A stretch of 64,000 bases of DNA from a virus, in IMG/VR virus record IMGVR_UViG_3300020401_001540, positions 1 to 64,000 of that record, one strand, 5' to 3'. Below, one piece after another: positions 17,783-26,911 of the stretch. Under the pieces are notes generated by a model. The model was not told the DNA's origin and made no database searches. It saw only the letters and a program-made list of their open reading frames with translations. Position 1 is the stretch's first letter; each line of letters begins with the position of its first letter. A program made the position numbers and the translations under genes.

Positions 17783-17954
17783 CAGTGATCTTCTTAGCTA
17801 ATTTGTAAGGTGTAAAAGCAAATAAAAAAGGAAATATGGCATGTATTGTACCAGTTATAAAGACTAACAAAGCTAGTATGTTAAAGTACATAGCATAAAA
17901 GAAGTGTTTAAAATAATTAGATTTTACTTTTTTAAGATGATTCCATTCTATCAT
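17748..17954 (-). CDS. Small membrane protein (DUF6356-like)
   Basis: HL..V..NYFKHF.YA...IHAIFPFLF pattern. ATG at 17954 forms an ATGA overlap with the upstream stop. Confidence 0.6.
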   Translation of the reverse strand: MIEWNHLKKVKSNYFKHFFYAMYFNILALLVFITGTIHAIFPFLFAFTPYKLAKKITDGTEKHFKKRN

Positions 17955-19027
17955 AGCATATGATCCTTCAACAAATTCCAACTATGTTTTCCCATAAGTC
18001 CTTGATGTCCATTCTCACTGTAAAAATATATATCATTTACAGCCTCCTCTTTATTCTCTTTGTAATAATCCCAATACTTTCCTTTCCTAGTATTACACGA
18101 ATATAATGCCTTTATCCATTTATGTATTCCTGTATATGTTTTATTAATCAATCTGTTATATGCATCAGGCTTGTCCTCCAATAAAAGAAAATTTTTGATT
18201 CCGCTTTGAGCCGCAAAATTTGCAGTAGCATTTAAAGGTTCTATAAATCCTGCACTCAAACCTAAAAATAAAACATTATCTTTCCAAGCCTGCTCTGGTA
18301 TTCTAGTTTCAAATTTGATTACGTTTTCATGTTTAATTCCTGTTGTGTTTTCAAATTCTTTTATTGCATTGTTAATAGAAATGTATTTAGAACTAAAAAC
18401 ATAACCGTAACTTAATCTTGTTTGTAAACTTATACTCCATAACCACCCATTGCTTAGAGCTTGTGATTTAGTGTAAGGAATATATTTGCTTTGAGCATTA
18501 CCAATCACTGCATAGTCATTTATAAGGAAATCACTTTTATGATGCACTAAACCTACTTGATCAGAAAGCACACCGTTTTGTCCTGTAGCATCAACATAAA
18601 ACTCATCTTTATTATATTGATCTTTTGTAAATTGGGAATTTACAATTTCGAAATTATCTTGCTGTTCACACCATTTCTGTATCACTTGACAAAATCCAGG
18701 AGCATCTATATGATAAGCATAAGTTTGATGTCTATCCGTTTCTAATGCTTTAGGCTCATTTGCAGAGTAATAAAGCCAACTATTATTATCTTTCCAACCA
18801 GAAAATAATGTCCCGTATTTGAAAAAACCATTTACCTTGTTTAAAAATTCTTGATCTGACATACCTATCAATTTAGGTATTTCGTTTATTGTAGGTACAG
18901 TAGATTCGCCTATTTTTCTAACGTTTGTATTTGGATCTCTAAATAATGTAACTTGTTTGTTTGCTTTTAGCAAATACAGACATGCTATCCAAGACGCAGT
19001 ACCACTTCCAATTACATTAATTTTCAT
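17951..19027 (-). CDS. Flavin-dependent halogenase (tryptophan halogenase family)
   Basis: VIGSGTA FAD motif, IGESTVP, F-K-Y-G (PrnA K79-equivalent), AYHIDA, VDATG, GWLWSI (WxWxI) and GLSAGFIEPL. Confidence 0.85.
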   Translation of the reverse strand: MKINVIGSGTASWIACLYLLKANKQVTLFRDPNTNVRKIGESTVPTINEIPKLIGMSDQEFLNKVNGFFKYGTLFSGWKDNNSWLYYSANEPKALETDRHQTYAYHIDAPGFCQVIQKWCEQQDNFEIVNSQFTKDQYNKDEFYVDATGQNGVLSDQVGLVHHKSDFLINDYAVIGNAQSKYIPYTKSQALSNGWLWSISLQTRLSYGYVFSSKYISINNAIKEFENTTGIKHENVIKFETRIPEQAWKDNVLFLGLSAGFIEPLNATANFAAQSGIKNFLLLEDKPDAYNRLINKTYTGIHKWIKALYSCNTRKGKYWDYYKENKEEAVNDIYFYSENGHQGLMGKHSWNLLKDHML

Positions 19028-19544
19028 ACCGCTTCCTTATTTCAAAATATCTATCAACATTTAATTTCCAAATACTTTGCCATGAATTGAAAACTTGCTC
19101 GTTACAGATCCATTCAACCATCTTACCTCTAGCCATAGCAGAAAAACTATTGTGTATCCTATTCATTCTCCCACTGTTATCTCTATCAGTGTTTGTTGTT
19201 ATGTACAAAGGCTTACCTTGTGCAAATTCTATTTGTAAAGGAAGATGTGCATATATACCCCAACTTTGCATTTGATATCTATTGAGTCCTTTTATAGGTC
19301 TTGGTGATAATTGAGCACCTCTGTACAATGCTCTATATCCATCCTTGAACGGATGTATACCAGTCATTGCAATTATATGATTAAAGTCATTGTCATATGT
19401 TGCGTACCAAGCACCTTCTTCTAAACACCAATCCCAACGCATTTCTTTTAGACTGCTGTTATTTTTAAAACCTTTCAAGGAACATTTAAAAATAAATTCT
19501 TGCACAGCAGGATTTAATTCTTGCACTCTTTCTGTAGAAATCAT
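19017..19544 (-). CDS. Hypothetical protein, possibly GNAT-like fold
   Basis: IIAMTGIH...YRALYRGA and LYITTN suggest a GNAT-like topology. Weak evidence. Confidence 0.4.
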   Translation of the reverse strand: MISTERVQELNPAVQEFIFKCSLKGFKNNSSLKEMRWDWCLEEGAWYATYDNDFNHIIAMTGIHPFKDGYRALYRGAQLSPRPIKGLNRYQMQSWGIYAHLPLQIEFAQGKPLYITTNTDRDNSGRMNRIHNSFSAMARGKMVEWICNEQVFNSWQSIWKLNVDRYFEIRKRYEN

Positions 19545-20161
19545 TTTGCTCTCATTCGCTCAATGACTGTCATTACTGTTTTAGGATTAGTTCCTACATT
19601 AAGTACAATCATATAAGCATCTTCGCTCCCAGCATTAAACAAATGATGTTGTTTTGCAGTATTAAGAAAATATGCAGAGCCGTTTTTCCAAGGTAAAATT
19701 TTATCTTCTAGCATAAACGTAAACTTAGGATATTCCATATTTCTCATAGGCACAATTATTCTAAAAGAATGTAAGTCAGTAGATTTGAAATCTCTGTGTG
19801 GTGGAAAAAATCCTCCTGGAGGTATTTTTAAGAAGTGTGAACGTCCTACATAAGGTTGCCAATGTTCGCATAACTTTTTAATTTCAGGATGCTCGTAAAC
19901 AGGTGTAGGTACATTAATATCCATCTCTGTTGGCATTGATGCAGGATCTTCTGCATAAAAGGAATCAAGGTCAGGACGTCCTGACAGACCTCCGTCTAAA
20001 CTTGTAATACTTAATCCCCAACGATTTATGTTTTTTCTTGGATTATATTTTACGTAGGTAAAATTTTCTTCTGTCCATTGCACTATTTTTTTTGGATCTT
20101 TTAGTGTGATATCTAGTTCTATAAAATCTCCGTATGTGCATAATGTAACGTATTCTAGCAT
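19541..20161 (-). CDS. 2OG-Fe(II) oxygenase (Asp/Asn beta-hydroxylase-like)
   Basis: IPPGGFFPPHRD (HxD), RIIVP and YFLNTAKQHHLFN (distal His). AGGAGAG SD. Confidence 0.85.
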   Translation of the reverse strand: MLEYVTLCTYGDFIELDITLKDPKKIVQWTEENFTYVKYNPRKNINRWGLSITSLDGGLSGRPDLDSFYAEDPASMPTEMDINVPTPVYEHPEIKKLCEHWQPYVGRSHFLKIPPGGFFPPHRDFKSTDLHSFRIIVPMRNMEYPKFTFMLEDKILPWKNGSAYFLNTAKQHHLFNAGSEDAYMIVLNVGTNPKTVMTVIERMRAK

Positions 20162-20179
20162 TAACCTCTCCTGATATTA

Positions 20180-20230
20180 TACTTATTTGGTTTCAACAAC
20201 AAATTTTTGCATTATGGCACGTAATAAATA
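20180..20230. promoter_or_regulatory. Divergent putative late promoters (TAAGTA on -, ATAAATA on +)
   Basis: TACTTA at 20180-20185 reads TAAGTA on the - strand, before 20161. ATAAATA at 20224-20230 precedes GTG 20256, which has an AAGGAG SD. Confidence 0.5.
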
Positions 20231-20255
20231 TGTATAACGAATCAAGGAGACTATT

Positions 20256-21242
20256 GTGGGTAATAAATTTGGCAAAAGTAAAAAGTTTGGTGAAAGTGTA
20301 GAAGAAGGGAGAGGTGAATCCTGGACTAGAATTTGCCGTATTGCCTATGGGTTTAATGTAAAAGATAAAACAAGAGACACTGCTATAAAGCACATGTTCT
20401 ATAACTGGGACCAAGAGATGGAAGTTATACGCAATATGCAAAAGTGTCAGCGTAATTGGGATTATAGCCAACCTGTACATCCTGAAACTATTGATTATCT
20501 ACTATGGCACGCAGAAAATGCTCCATCAAAACAACACGAAGCATACTACGATGTATACTGGACAGCAGACAGAAAAGTAATTGAAGAATGTTCAAAGTAT
20601 ACCTGGGGATCAACACACACTAGAACTCCGCCTTCAACATGGCGTAACACACAAGCTAATGCTAACTTGTACATACTTTTTGTAGCAAAGCAACCTGAAA
20701 CACAACAAAACTGTAATAGTGACGGAACATTAAAAGATAACAAACATCATGCACGTTGGGAAAATTCTTATGTCAGTATAGGTATTGCTATGGGACTTGT
20801 TATGAGAGCCGCAAATAGTTTAGGACTTGCAACAGGCTGTAATAAAAGTCATGGAGACCTAAATGGCAATATGTTCTGGGAAAAGAAACTAGGAATAGAA
20901 CAAGATGTGTTGGATGGTAAGAAAAAAATTGCCTATGGAATAGGAATAGGTACTCCACAAGAAGGTAGACCAAGATGGGAAACTGATGATTATGAATTAG
21001 CAATTGGTTCAGGTAACGGAAGTCATCTTACCACACTAGACGAAAGTCATCCTGACTGGACAGAAAGGCGTCAACTTCCTGCACCTTGGGACAAAAAGTT
21101 TAATAAAATTAAAATTGTAGACATAAGAACCACAGATAAAGCAACTGATCCTTATGGTGTAGAACACAAAATACCAAGCGAATCTTCTATCAAAGTAAAC
21201 ACTATAAGGAAGAGAATAATCAACGTAACGGAAATAAAGTAA
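20256..21242 (+). CDS. Nitroreductase-fold flavoprotein
   Basis: QRNWD..QPV..ETID.LL..A.NAPSKQ, SIGIAMG.VM.AANSLGLATG and GIGIG. Confidence 0.8.
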   Translation: MGNKFGKSKKFGESVEEGRGESWTRICRIAYGFNVKDKTRDTAIKHMFYNWDQEMEVIRNMQKCQRNWDYSQPVHPETIDYLLWHAENAPSKQHEAYYDVYWTADRKVIEECSKYTWGSTHTRTPPSTWRNTQANANLYILFVAKQPETQQNCNSDGTLKDNKHHARWENSYVSIGIAMGLVMRAANSLGLATGCNKSHGDLNGNMFWEKKLGIEQDVLDGKKKIAYGIGIGTPQEGRPRWETDDYELAIGSGNGSHLTTLDESHPDWTERRQLPAPWDKKFNKIKIVDIRTTDKATDPYGVEHKIPSESSIKVNTIRKRIINVTEIK

Positions 21243-21940
21243 TGCAAACTAGATTACTAGCCTATGGGTGTAGTAATACATTTGGTGAAGGTTTAGATGA
21301 TGTCTGGCATCATGATCCTAATTTAAAGTATGGTAGCAATAGCATGAAACCTAGTCGCTACGCTTGGCCTCGAGAACTAGGCAAACTTATGAACTTTGAT
21401 GAAGTTCATAATCACGCCGAAGGTGGTGCATCAAATAAGAAAATATGGCTTAATATTTTACAAACAAAAATAGATCCTATTACAGATACTGTAGTTGTAC
21501 AATGGACATTTGTTGCTAGATGGACAATTTTTTATGATGATGGTTCTAGTGAAAGATTTTTACCAAATGATATTGATAACAAAGAAGGTAAAATGAGAAT
21601 GTCTAAAGGTATAGCGTTACAAAAGATAAAAGATGAAAAAACAAATAGGACTGAAGCTTGGTATGGAAATTTTCATAGTGACATAGATGCCATTCTAGAC
21701 ACTTATTGTAGAATATCACATATCAAACATTATCTTGATAATAAAGGTGTGAGAAATTTTCATTTTATAAACGATAAAAGATGGGCGTGGCAAAGTGATT
21801 CCCAATTGATAGATCCAAAAATTTGTAAATGTTTATTGTTTAAAAAAGAACATGGCGTAGCACTAGACGGAATGCATCCTAGTAGAAAAGCACATAAGAA
21901 GTATGCTCAAGCAATTTATGAACATATGAGATCATCATGA
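21242..21940 (+). CDS. SGNH/GDSL hydrolase-family protein
   Basis: Block I YGCSNT.G, block II GGASN, QWT and catalytic DGMHP. Confidence 0.8.
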   Translation: MQTRLLAYGCSNTFGEGLDDVWHHDPNLKYGSNSMKPSRYAWPRELGKLMNFDEVHNHAEGGASNKKIWLNILQTKIDPITDTVVVQWTFVARWTIFYDDGSSERFLPNDIDNKEGKMRMSKGIALQKIKDEKTNRTEAWYGNFHSDIDAILDTYCRISHIKHYLDNKGVRNFHFINDKRWAWQSDSQLIDPKICKCLLFKKEHGVALDGMHPSRKAHKKYAQAIYEHMRSS

Positions 21941-22569
21941 ATAGATTAGTAGCCTTTGGTTGTAGTCACACTTACGGCGAAGGTTTAAAGGATTGTTGGG
22001 TTAATGGGAAAGCAGGAAAACTTCCAAGCAAATATGCATGGCCTCAACTACTTGCAGATAGATTGAAAAGGAAGTGTTTTAATAAAGGTATGGAGGGTGC
22101 CTCTAATAAATTTATTTGGCATAAAATTTTAAACACAGAATTTACGGACAAAGACATTGTTGTAATCTTATGGACATATTATAACCGCACATGTATTTTA
22201 GAAAACAAAGATTCATTCCAAAGAATTATGGTAAGTGATGTTGACAATCCTTTTAGACCAGAACAAGAAAGATTGTTTGCAAAAAATTATTACGAAAATT
22301 ATTACACCGACTATGACGTGGTTACACACAGTATAGGATATTTTAATCATATTAAGAGTTACTTAGATAACCTAAAAGTAAAAAACTTTCATCTAATTAA
22401 TAAAGAACCTTTTGCAAGGCATCCTATTCCGGAATGGAATCAAGTTGTTTTACATCCTATAGACTTGCATTTTGATTTACCTCTCGCCGAAGATAACAAA
22501 CATCCTGGTGAGCAAGCACATCAATCGATAAGTGATCATGTATATTCTATAATCGACCAATCAAAGTAA
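21937..22569 (+). CDS. SGNH/GDSL hydrolase-family protein (paralogue)
   Basis: FGCSHT.G, EGASN, LWT and DNKHP. ATGA-coupled to its paralogue. Confidence 0.8.
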   Translation: MNRLVAFGCSHTYGEGLKDCWVNGKAGKLPSKYAWPQLLADRLKRKCFNKGMEGASNKFIWHKILNTEFTDKDIVVILWTYYNRTCILENKDSFQRIMVSDVDNPFRPEQERLFAKNYYENYYTDYDVVTHSIGYFNHIKSYLDNLKVKNFHLINKEPFARHPIPEWNQVVLHPIDLHFDLPLAEDNKHPGEQAHQSISDHVYSIIDQSK

Positions 22570-23224
22570 ATCTTGTACCTCTTGGATCTGGTACTTCATC
22601 TTCAATTAATACCTCAGCGTTTTCAGGTAACTGGTCTTTGAACTCTTGTATAGTGTGTACACAATTTGTATGTGTAGGTATATCAAACATAGCATTTGAT
22701 TGAAAAGCAAAGTAAGCTGGCGATACTCTACTCCACCAAGGATTTTTGTACTTGGGCCAAGGTCCCCATTCCTTCATAGGAGCCATGTGTTCACAAGATG
22801 TATTAATAAACAAATCGCATGTCGTATATTGATCTCTGTATTTTTCAAAAACATCACCCGTAATAAAATCTATATCGAATCCTTTAAACAATTCATATTT
22901 GGCTCGGTATATTACATCAGAATCAACATCGATACAAGTAATTTTTTTTACTTCGTTATAGAAAGCAGGTATTAAAATACTGCCATACCAACTACCCATT
23001 ATAACTATTTCCGAATCTTTGTTTAAAAAATTTAAACTTTTAATATGATCAATTAAATTCAATTTTGATAAAAACTGATTTGAACTGAAACTATCTAACA
23101 CATCTTTTTGTCTTAGTTGCCTTAGCCTATTCTTATCTGCATCAGGCGTATTTGCAAAGTCACGCATTTCTTGTGTAACTAAATTATCAATTATTGTTTG
23201 TAATTGTTTTACATCTATCGCCAT
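22547..23224 (-). CDS. SAM-dependent methyltransferase-like protein
   Basis: VIMGSWYG motif I, CIDVD, GDV and FINTSCEHM. Confidence 0.75.
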   Translation of the reverse strand: MAIDVKQLQTIIDNLVTQEMRDFANTPDADKNRLRQLRQKDVLDSFSSNQFLSKLNLIDHIKSLNFLNKDSEIVIMGSWYGSILIPAFYNEVKKITCIDVDSDVIYRAKYELFKGFDIDFITGDVFEKYRDQYTTCDLFINTSCEHMAPMKEWGPWPKYKNPWWSRVSPAYFAFQSNAMFDIPTHTNCVHTIQEFKDQLPENAEVLIEDEVPDPRGTRFTLIGRL

Positions 23225-23946
23225 TTTACTACATCCTGTATTGGTGGTTTACGATCTGTTCCTTTATTATCATGGTCTATTAGCCATTGGTATCTATAAT
23301 ATTCTCCGTATCCTATTGACATAATAGAATGAACTTTTGCCAATTGATTTTCGTTGTCATACCACAACCAAGGCGTGTCTTTCCATTTATAGGGTCTTTT
23401 AGGAAGGCATGCACAATATGATACATCAATTCCTTGTTCTAAACATAAAACTGTTAAGGCTTGTGCAAATAAACCAACTTCAAAGCTAGTGCTTTCTGCT
23501 ATGTGCTCTACTTTATCTACTTCACATTGTTCGGCATAATGGCCTTCTACTCTTACTTTTTCCTTGTAAAACTCATTAGGCTCAGGTACAACTCTTGAAG
23601 CAAATACTATCAAGTGTGAATTTTCTAATACGTGTGCATATGAGGGATTAATTTCAAACTTATATTCTACCTTCATTTTAGGATTAGCTTTTGTGTCTAC
23701 TTCAAGACCTTTCTCATCATAACGAATGTGATTACCTACTACTTTGTCATATATAATTTTTTTTCTTTTATCACCAGGACCCAAAACGTTTACAGTATAT
23801 GGCATAAAATTATTCTTTGATGGAGAAACTTTCCATGCTTTATAGAGTATTTTTGATAAAACATCATCAGATACATTTTTGTCACTGTATCTTAACACAT
23901 GATGTCTTTTTTCCAATGTAGTGAGTATGTCTTTTTTCTTACTCAT
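23215..23946 (-). CDS. Nitroreductase-fold flavoprotein
   Basis: KRHHVLRYS, AWKVSPSKNNFMPY, EVGLFAQ.L...CLEQGIDVSY and MSIGY. Start MSKKK gives an ATGA overlap with the upstream gene. Confidence 0.8.
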   Translation of the reverse strand: MSKKKDILTTLEKRHHVLRYSDKNVSDDVLSKILYKAWKVSPSKNNFMPYTVNVLGPGDKRKKIIYDKVVGNHIRYDEKGLEVDTKANPKMKVEYKFEINPSYAHVLENSHLIVFASRVVPEPNEFYKEKVRVEGHYAEQCEVDKVEHIAESTSFEVGLFAQALTVLCLEQGIDVSYCACLPKRPYKWKDTPWLWYDNENQLAKVHSIMSIGYGEYYRYQWLIDHDNKGTDRKPPIQDVVKWR

Positions 23947-25421
23947 TTTTTCATACTCCAATCATTTATCACTAACATATCTAAATCAGTTTTATTAAAA
24001 GTTTCAATTGCATCTTGTGGTGTTTCAACAATAGGCTCTTGACAGTTAAAACTTGTATTCAGGACCATAGGAATTCCTGTAAGTTTATAAAATTCATTTA
24101 TTAGATCGTAATATAGTTCATTTTCCGATCTCTTGACTGTTTGTATTCTAGCAGTGCCGTCAATATGAGTTACGCCTGGAATCTCGCCAGATGTCACTGG
24201 CATAATTCTTGACATGTATGGACTTGGCTGGTTAGTATCAAAATAATCTTGATAATGTTCATATAACACACTTGGTGCAAATGGTCTAAAGTCTTCACGT
24301 TTTTTAATCTTACTGTTGATTACATCTTTGATATTTGGATTCCTCGGATCTGCTAGTATGCTTCTATTTCCTAATGCACGGTTGCCGCTTTCGCTTTTAC
24401 CTTGAAACCAACCCACTATTTTTCCATCAGCAATAGCTTGTGCAACTTCCTTCATATCTAATTTGTTTTTACCTTTGTACTCATATTCTTTGCCTGCATA
24501 CACTGTTGGTATATGTACTTCGCCTTCTAAAAAATATTTGGCATGCATATATGTGCCTAGTGCTTGTCCTTCATCTCCTACCGCAGGAGGCACATGTACA
24601 TTCTTATAATGTTTTGTAAGTTCTTCGTTCATATATCCGTTATATGCTACGCCGCCAGCTACACATATATTTTCGCTTGACTTCAACGGATAGACAAATT
24701 GTTTTACCAAATCAATAGTAACTTTCTGTAGTGTAAATGCAATATCTTCTCTAGCTACTCGTTCTATTACCTTATGTGAGAATTTAGGCAACGTGTGATT
24801 AGGATCCATTAGATATGCTTCTATCATTGCGTGGGCTCTGTGATTGTATGCGCCATAACCTGCTAGTCCCATTACCTTTCCTGCATCTAAATATTTGAAG
24901 CCTATATCCTGAGATAATCTATTCCATAAACCACCAATTGGTATTTTTTTACTCAGATCAGTAATATCTCCTTGGGAATTAATAAAGATACAACTAAATT
25001 TCCAACCTCTTCCGTCTATAGCAAGAACATCAGATTGTTCATAGCCACTGCTTAATAGTGCGTAAGTGCCGTGTGATTGATGGTGATCAATGTAATATAC
25101 ATTGTCACGATAGTATGGTTCCCAAATATTTCTTGGCTTGAATTTTGTAAATTCTTGATCAACAAAATGCTCATTAATAAGTTCTTCAACAAATTGATAT
25201 CCTAAATTGGATATTGTAAATGCAAATTGATTATCTGCGTCTCTTGATTTATACTTTGGTAATACATGTTCCATAAAAAATTGTTTACTAGGATTAGGAT
25301 CGTGCGGCCAATCATAATTTAAATTATGCTTGCGTCTGTTATGACGTTCTATTTGATTATGAAACGTGCCATCATATGTGTTATGGTCATGTATGTTTAG
25401 TGCTACTGAATAAATGTTCAT
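23943..25421 (-). CDS. Carbamoyltransferase (NodU/CmcH/TobZ family)
   Basis: HHQSH, IDGRG, KVMGLAGYG, AGGVAYNG, GDEGQALG, RALGNRSILADP, KKREDFRPFAP, ARIQTV and LNTSFN. Confidence 0.95.
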   Translation of the reverse strand: MNIYSVALNIHDHNTYDGTFHNQIERHNRRKHNLNYDWPHDPNPSKQFFMEHVLPKYKSRDADNQFAFTISNLGYQFVEELINEHFVDQEFTKFKPRNIWEPYYRDNVYYIDHHQSHGTYALLSSGYEQSDVLAIDGRGWKFSCIFINSQGDITDLSKKIPIGGLWNRLSQDIGFKYLDAGKVMGLAGYGAYNHRAHAMIEAYLMDPNHTLPKFSHKVIERVAREDIAFTLQKVTIDLVKQFVYPLKSSENICVAGGVAYNGYMNEELTKHYKNVHVPPAVGDEGQALGTYMHAKYFLEGEVHIPTVYAGKEYEYKGKNKLDMKEVAQAIADGKIVGWFQGKSESGNRALGNRSILADPRNPNIKDVINSKIKKREDFRPFAPSVLYEHYQDYFDTNQPSPYMSRIMPVTSGEIPGVTHIDGTARIQTVKRSENELYYDLINEFYKLTGIPMVLNTSFNCQEPIVETPQDAIETFNKTDLDMLVINDWSMKK

Positions 25422-26254
25422 TGTTCTAATGCTATTTTTTCTAAAATTTCTAATCTACGTTTTGCAGGTCTTGGTGGAATAATATCCATACAAATTTTAC
25501 AATAACTTTCAAATTGAAACAAATCAAAATTCATCATTTTATCTATGTTTTCTTTTGTAACGTCAAAGGCTCTTGAGCCATTAATTACCTTTCTACTGCA
25601 ATGTCTTATCTTTTGAATTTCAAAATCAATTACAGGAACCAAAGGGAACTTTGCACATACCCTTCTGTCTAGTTCCGGTGCTTGTACCATTTCGTGATCA
25701 CTAAAAAAGTCAGGAGATCTTGAATTGTATTCTTTGAATTCTGTGTTTTTATGATCAATAATACTAAGATCATGTTTATCTCTATATGCAAAATATCCTG
25801 GTGTTTCGATTATAAGATTGTAATTATTTAAATCATTAGGCTCAAACCAATCATAGTTTCCTAATTTTTCAATTCGGTCTTCATAAAAGTCAAGTATAAG
25901 GTGTTCAATATATATAATCTCAGGATCTTCTAATATTTCTGGATAAAACTTCCTAACAAGTGAGTTTGATAAAACCTGTATTTGAAGATTTTCATACTTT
26001 TTTATTTCTGCTATTACTTCATTAAGATTTTTTATAAGTCCAGGTTCGCCTCCCAGTAAACAAATTCTAGTCTTGTATGGGCTTAAATACTGGCATGTTC
26101 TACGTAGAAAATCCATGTCTACTGTCAAATAACGCATTTCCAATGTCCATGCTGTACAATAGTGGCATGACTTGTTACAAGACTTTGACAGATAAAAGTC
26201 CACTGTAAGATAATCCGAATTCTTCAAATCAGCTAGAGTATTGATTTTTTTCAT
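25418..26254 (-). CDS. Radical SAM protein with C-terminal Cys cluster
   Basis: CNKSCHYC and LLGGEP. C-terminal CAK...HCS...CKIC. Confidence 0.85.
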   Translation of the reverse strand: MKKINTLADLKNSDYLTVDFYLSKSCNKSCHYCTAWTLEMRYLTVDMDFLRRTCQYLSPYKTRICLLGGEPGLIKNLNEVIAEIKKYENLQIQVLSNSLVRKFYPEILEDPEIIYIEHLILDFYEDRIEKLGNYDWFEPNDLNNYNLIIETPGYFAYRDKHDLSIIDHKNTEFKEYNSRSPDFFSDHEMVQAPELDRRVCAKFPLVPVIDFEIQKIRHCSRKVINGSRAFDVTKENIDKMMNFDLFQFESYCKICMDIIPPRPAKRRLEILEKIALEQ

Positions 26255-26259
26255 ACTAA

Positions 26260-26265
26260 TATTTA
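26260..26265 (-). promoter_or_regulatory. Putative late promoter TAAATA giving a leaderless transcript
   Basis: The - strand reads TAAATA-TTAGT-ATG. The hexamer includes the stop of 26263..26910, and there is no SD. Confidence 0.5.
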
Positions 26266-26910
26266 CTTTACGATACTGACGATTTCATCAAGAGTTGGCC
26301 GGGGGTTCTCCGGATCTTGCCAAGTATAAACTTTACCTTTGCCGATAGTCATTATCATAATAGGAGTTTCAGTAACGAAAGGTAATGTTTTCCAATTTTC
26401 TTTATTATTTCTAAAACATCCTGTATAACAGGAATCAATATTTTTTTGTAAAAGATAATACTGTAAAGCATTACAAAATAATCCAACTTCAAAACTTGCT
26501 ATAGAATTAATTGCATCCTGTTTTTTGGGATCCATTTGTTCCGCTACATGGCCTTTATCTAATCTTTTCTGTTGGCAAACATTTGGTTTTGTAACCAATC
26601 GTTGTGTTATGATTAAGGCATAAGAACAATTAGTAATACTATGGTAACTAGGAGGACGGTGCTCATATCTTTTAATTAATTGTTCATCGGATAAATTATC
26701 AACAGTACCTTCATTTCTAAGACACATGGCATAAAGTTTATCTTTCCATTCTTGGGCATCTGGGCCTATTACATGTATGCGATAAGGCATAAAGTTTTGT
26801 TTAGAGGGAGTAACTTTCCAAGCTTCATTGAACGACTCAGTAACTTCTTTCTCAATGTCAACGCTATTATCATAGGCATCCACATGTTTTCTGTTTGTAA
26901 AAAAGTCCAT
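26263..26910 (-). CDS. Nitroreductase-fold flavoprotein (paralogue of 23215..23946)
   Basis: RKHVDAYD, AWKVTPSKQNFMPY, FEVGLF and IMTIG. Confidence 0.8.
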   Translation of the reverse strand: MDFFTNRKHVDAYDNSVDIEKEVTESFNEAWKVTPSKQNFMPYRIHVIGPDAQEWKDKLYAMCLRNEGTVDNLSDEQLIKRYEHRPPSYHSITNCSYALIITQRLVTKPNVCQQKRLDKGHVAEQMDPKKQDAINSIASFEVGLFCNALQYYLLQKNIDSCYTGCFRNNKENWKTLPFVTETPIMIMTIGKGKVYTWQDPENPRPTLDEIVSIVK

Positions 26911-26911
26911 C

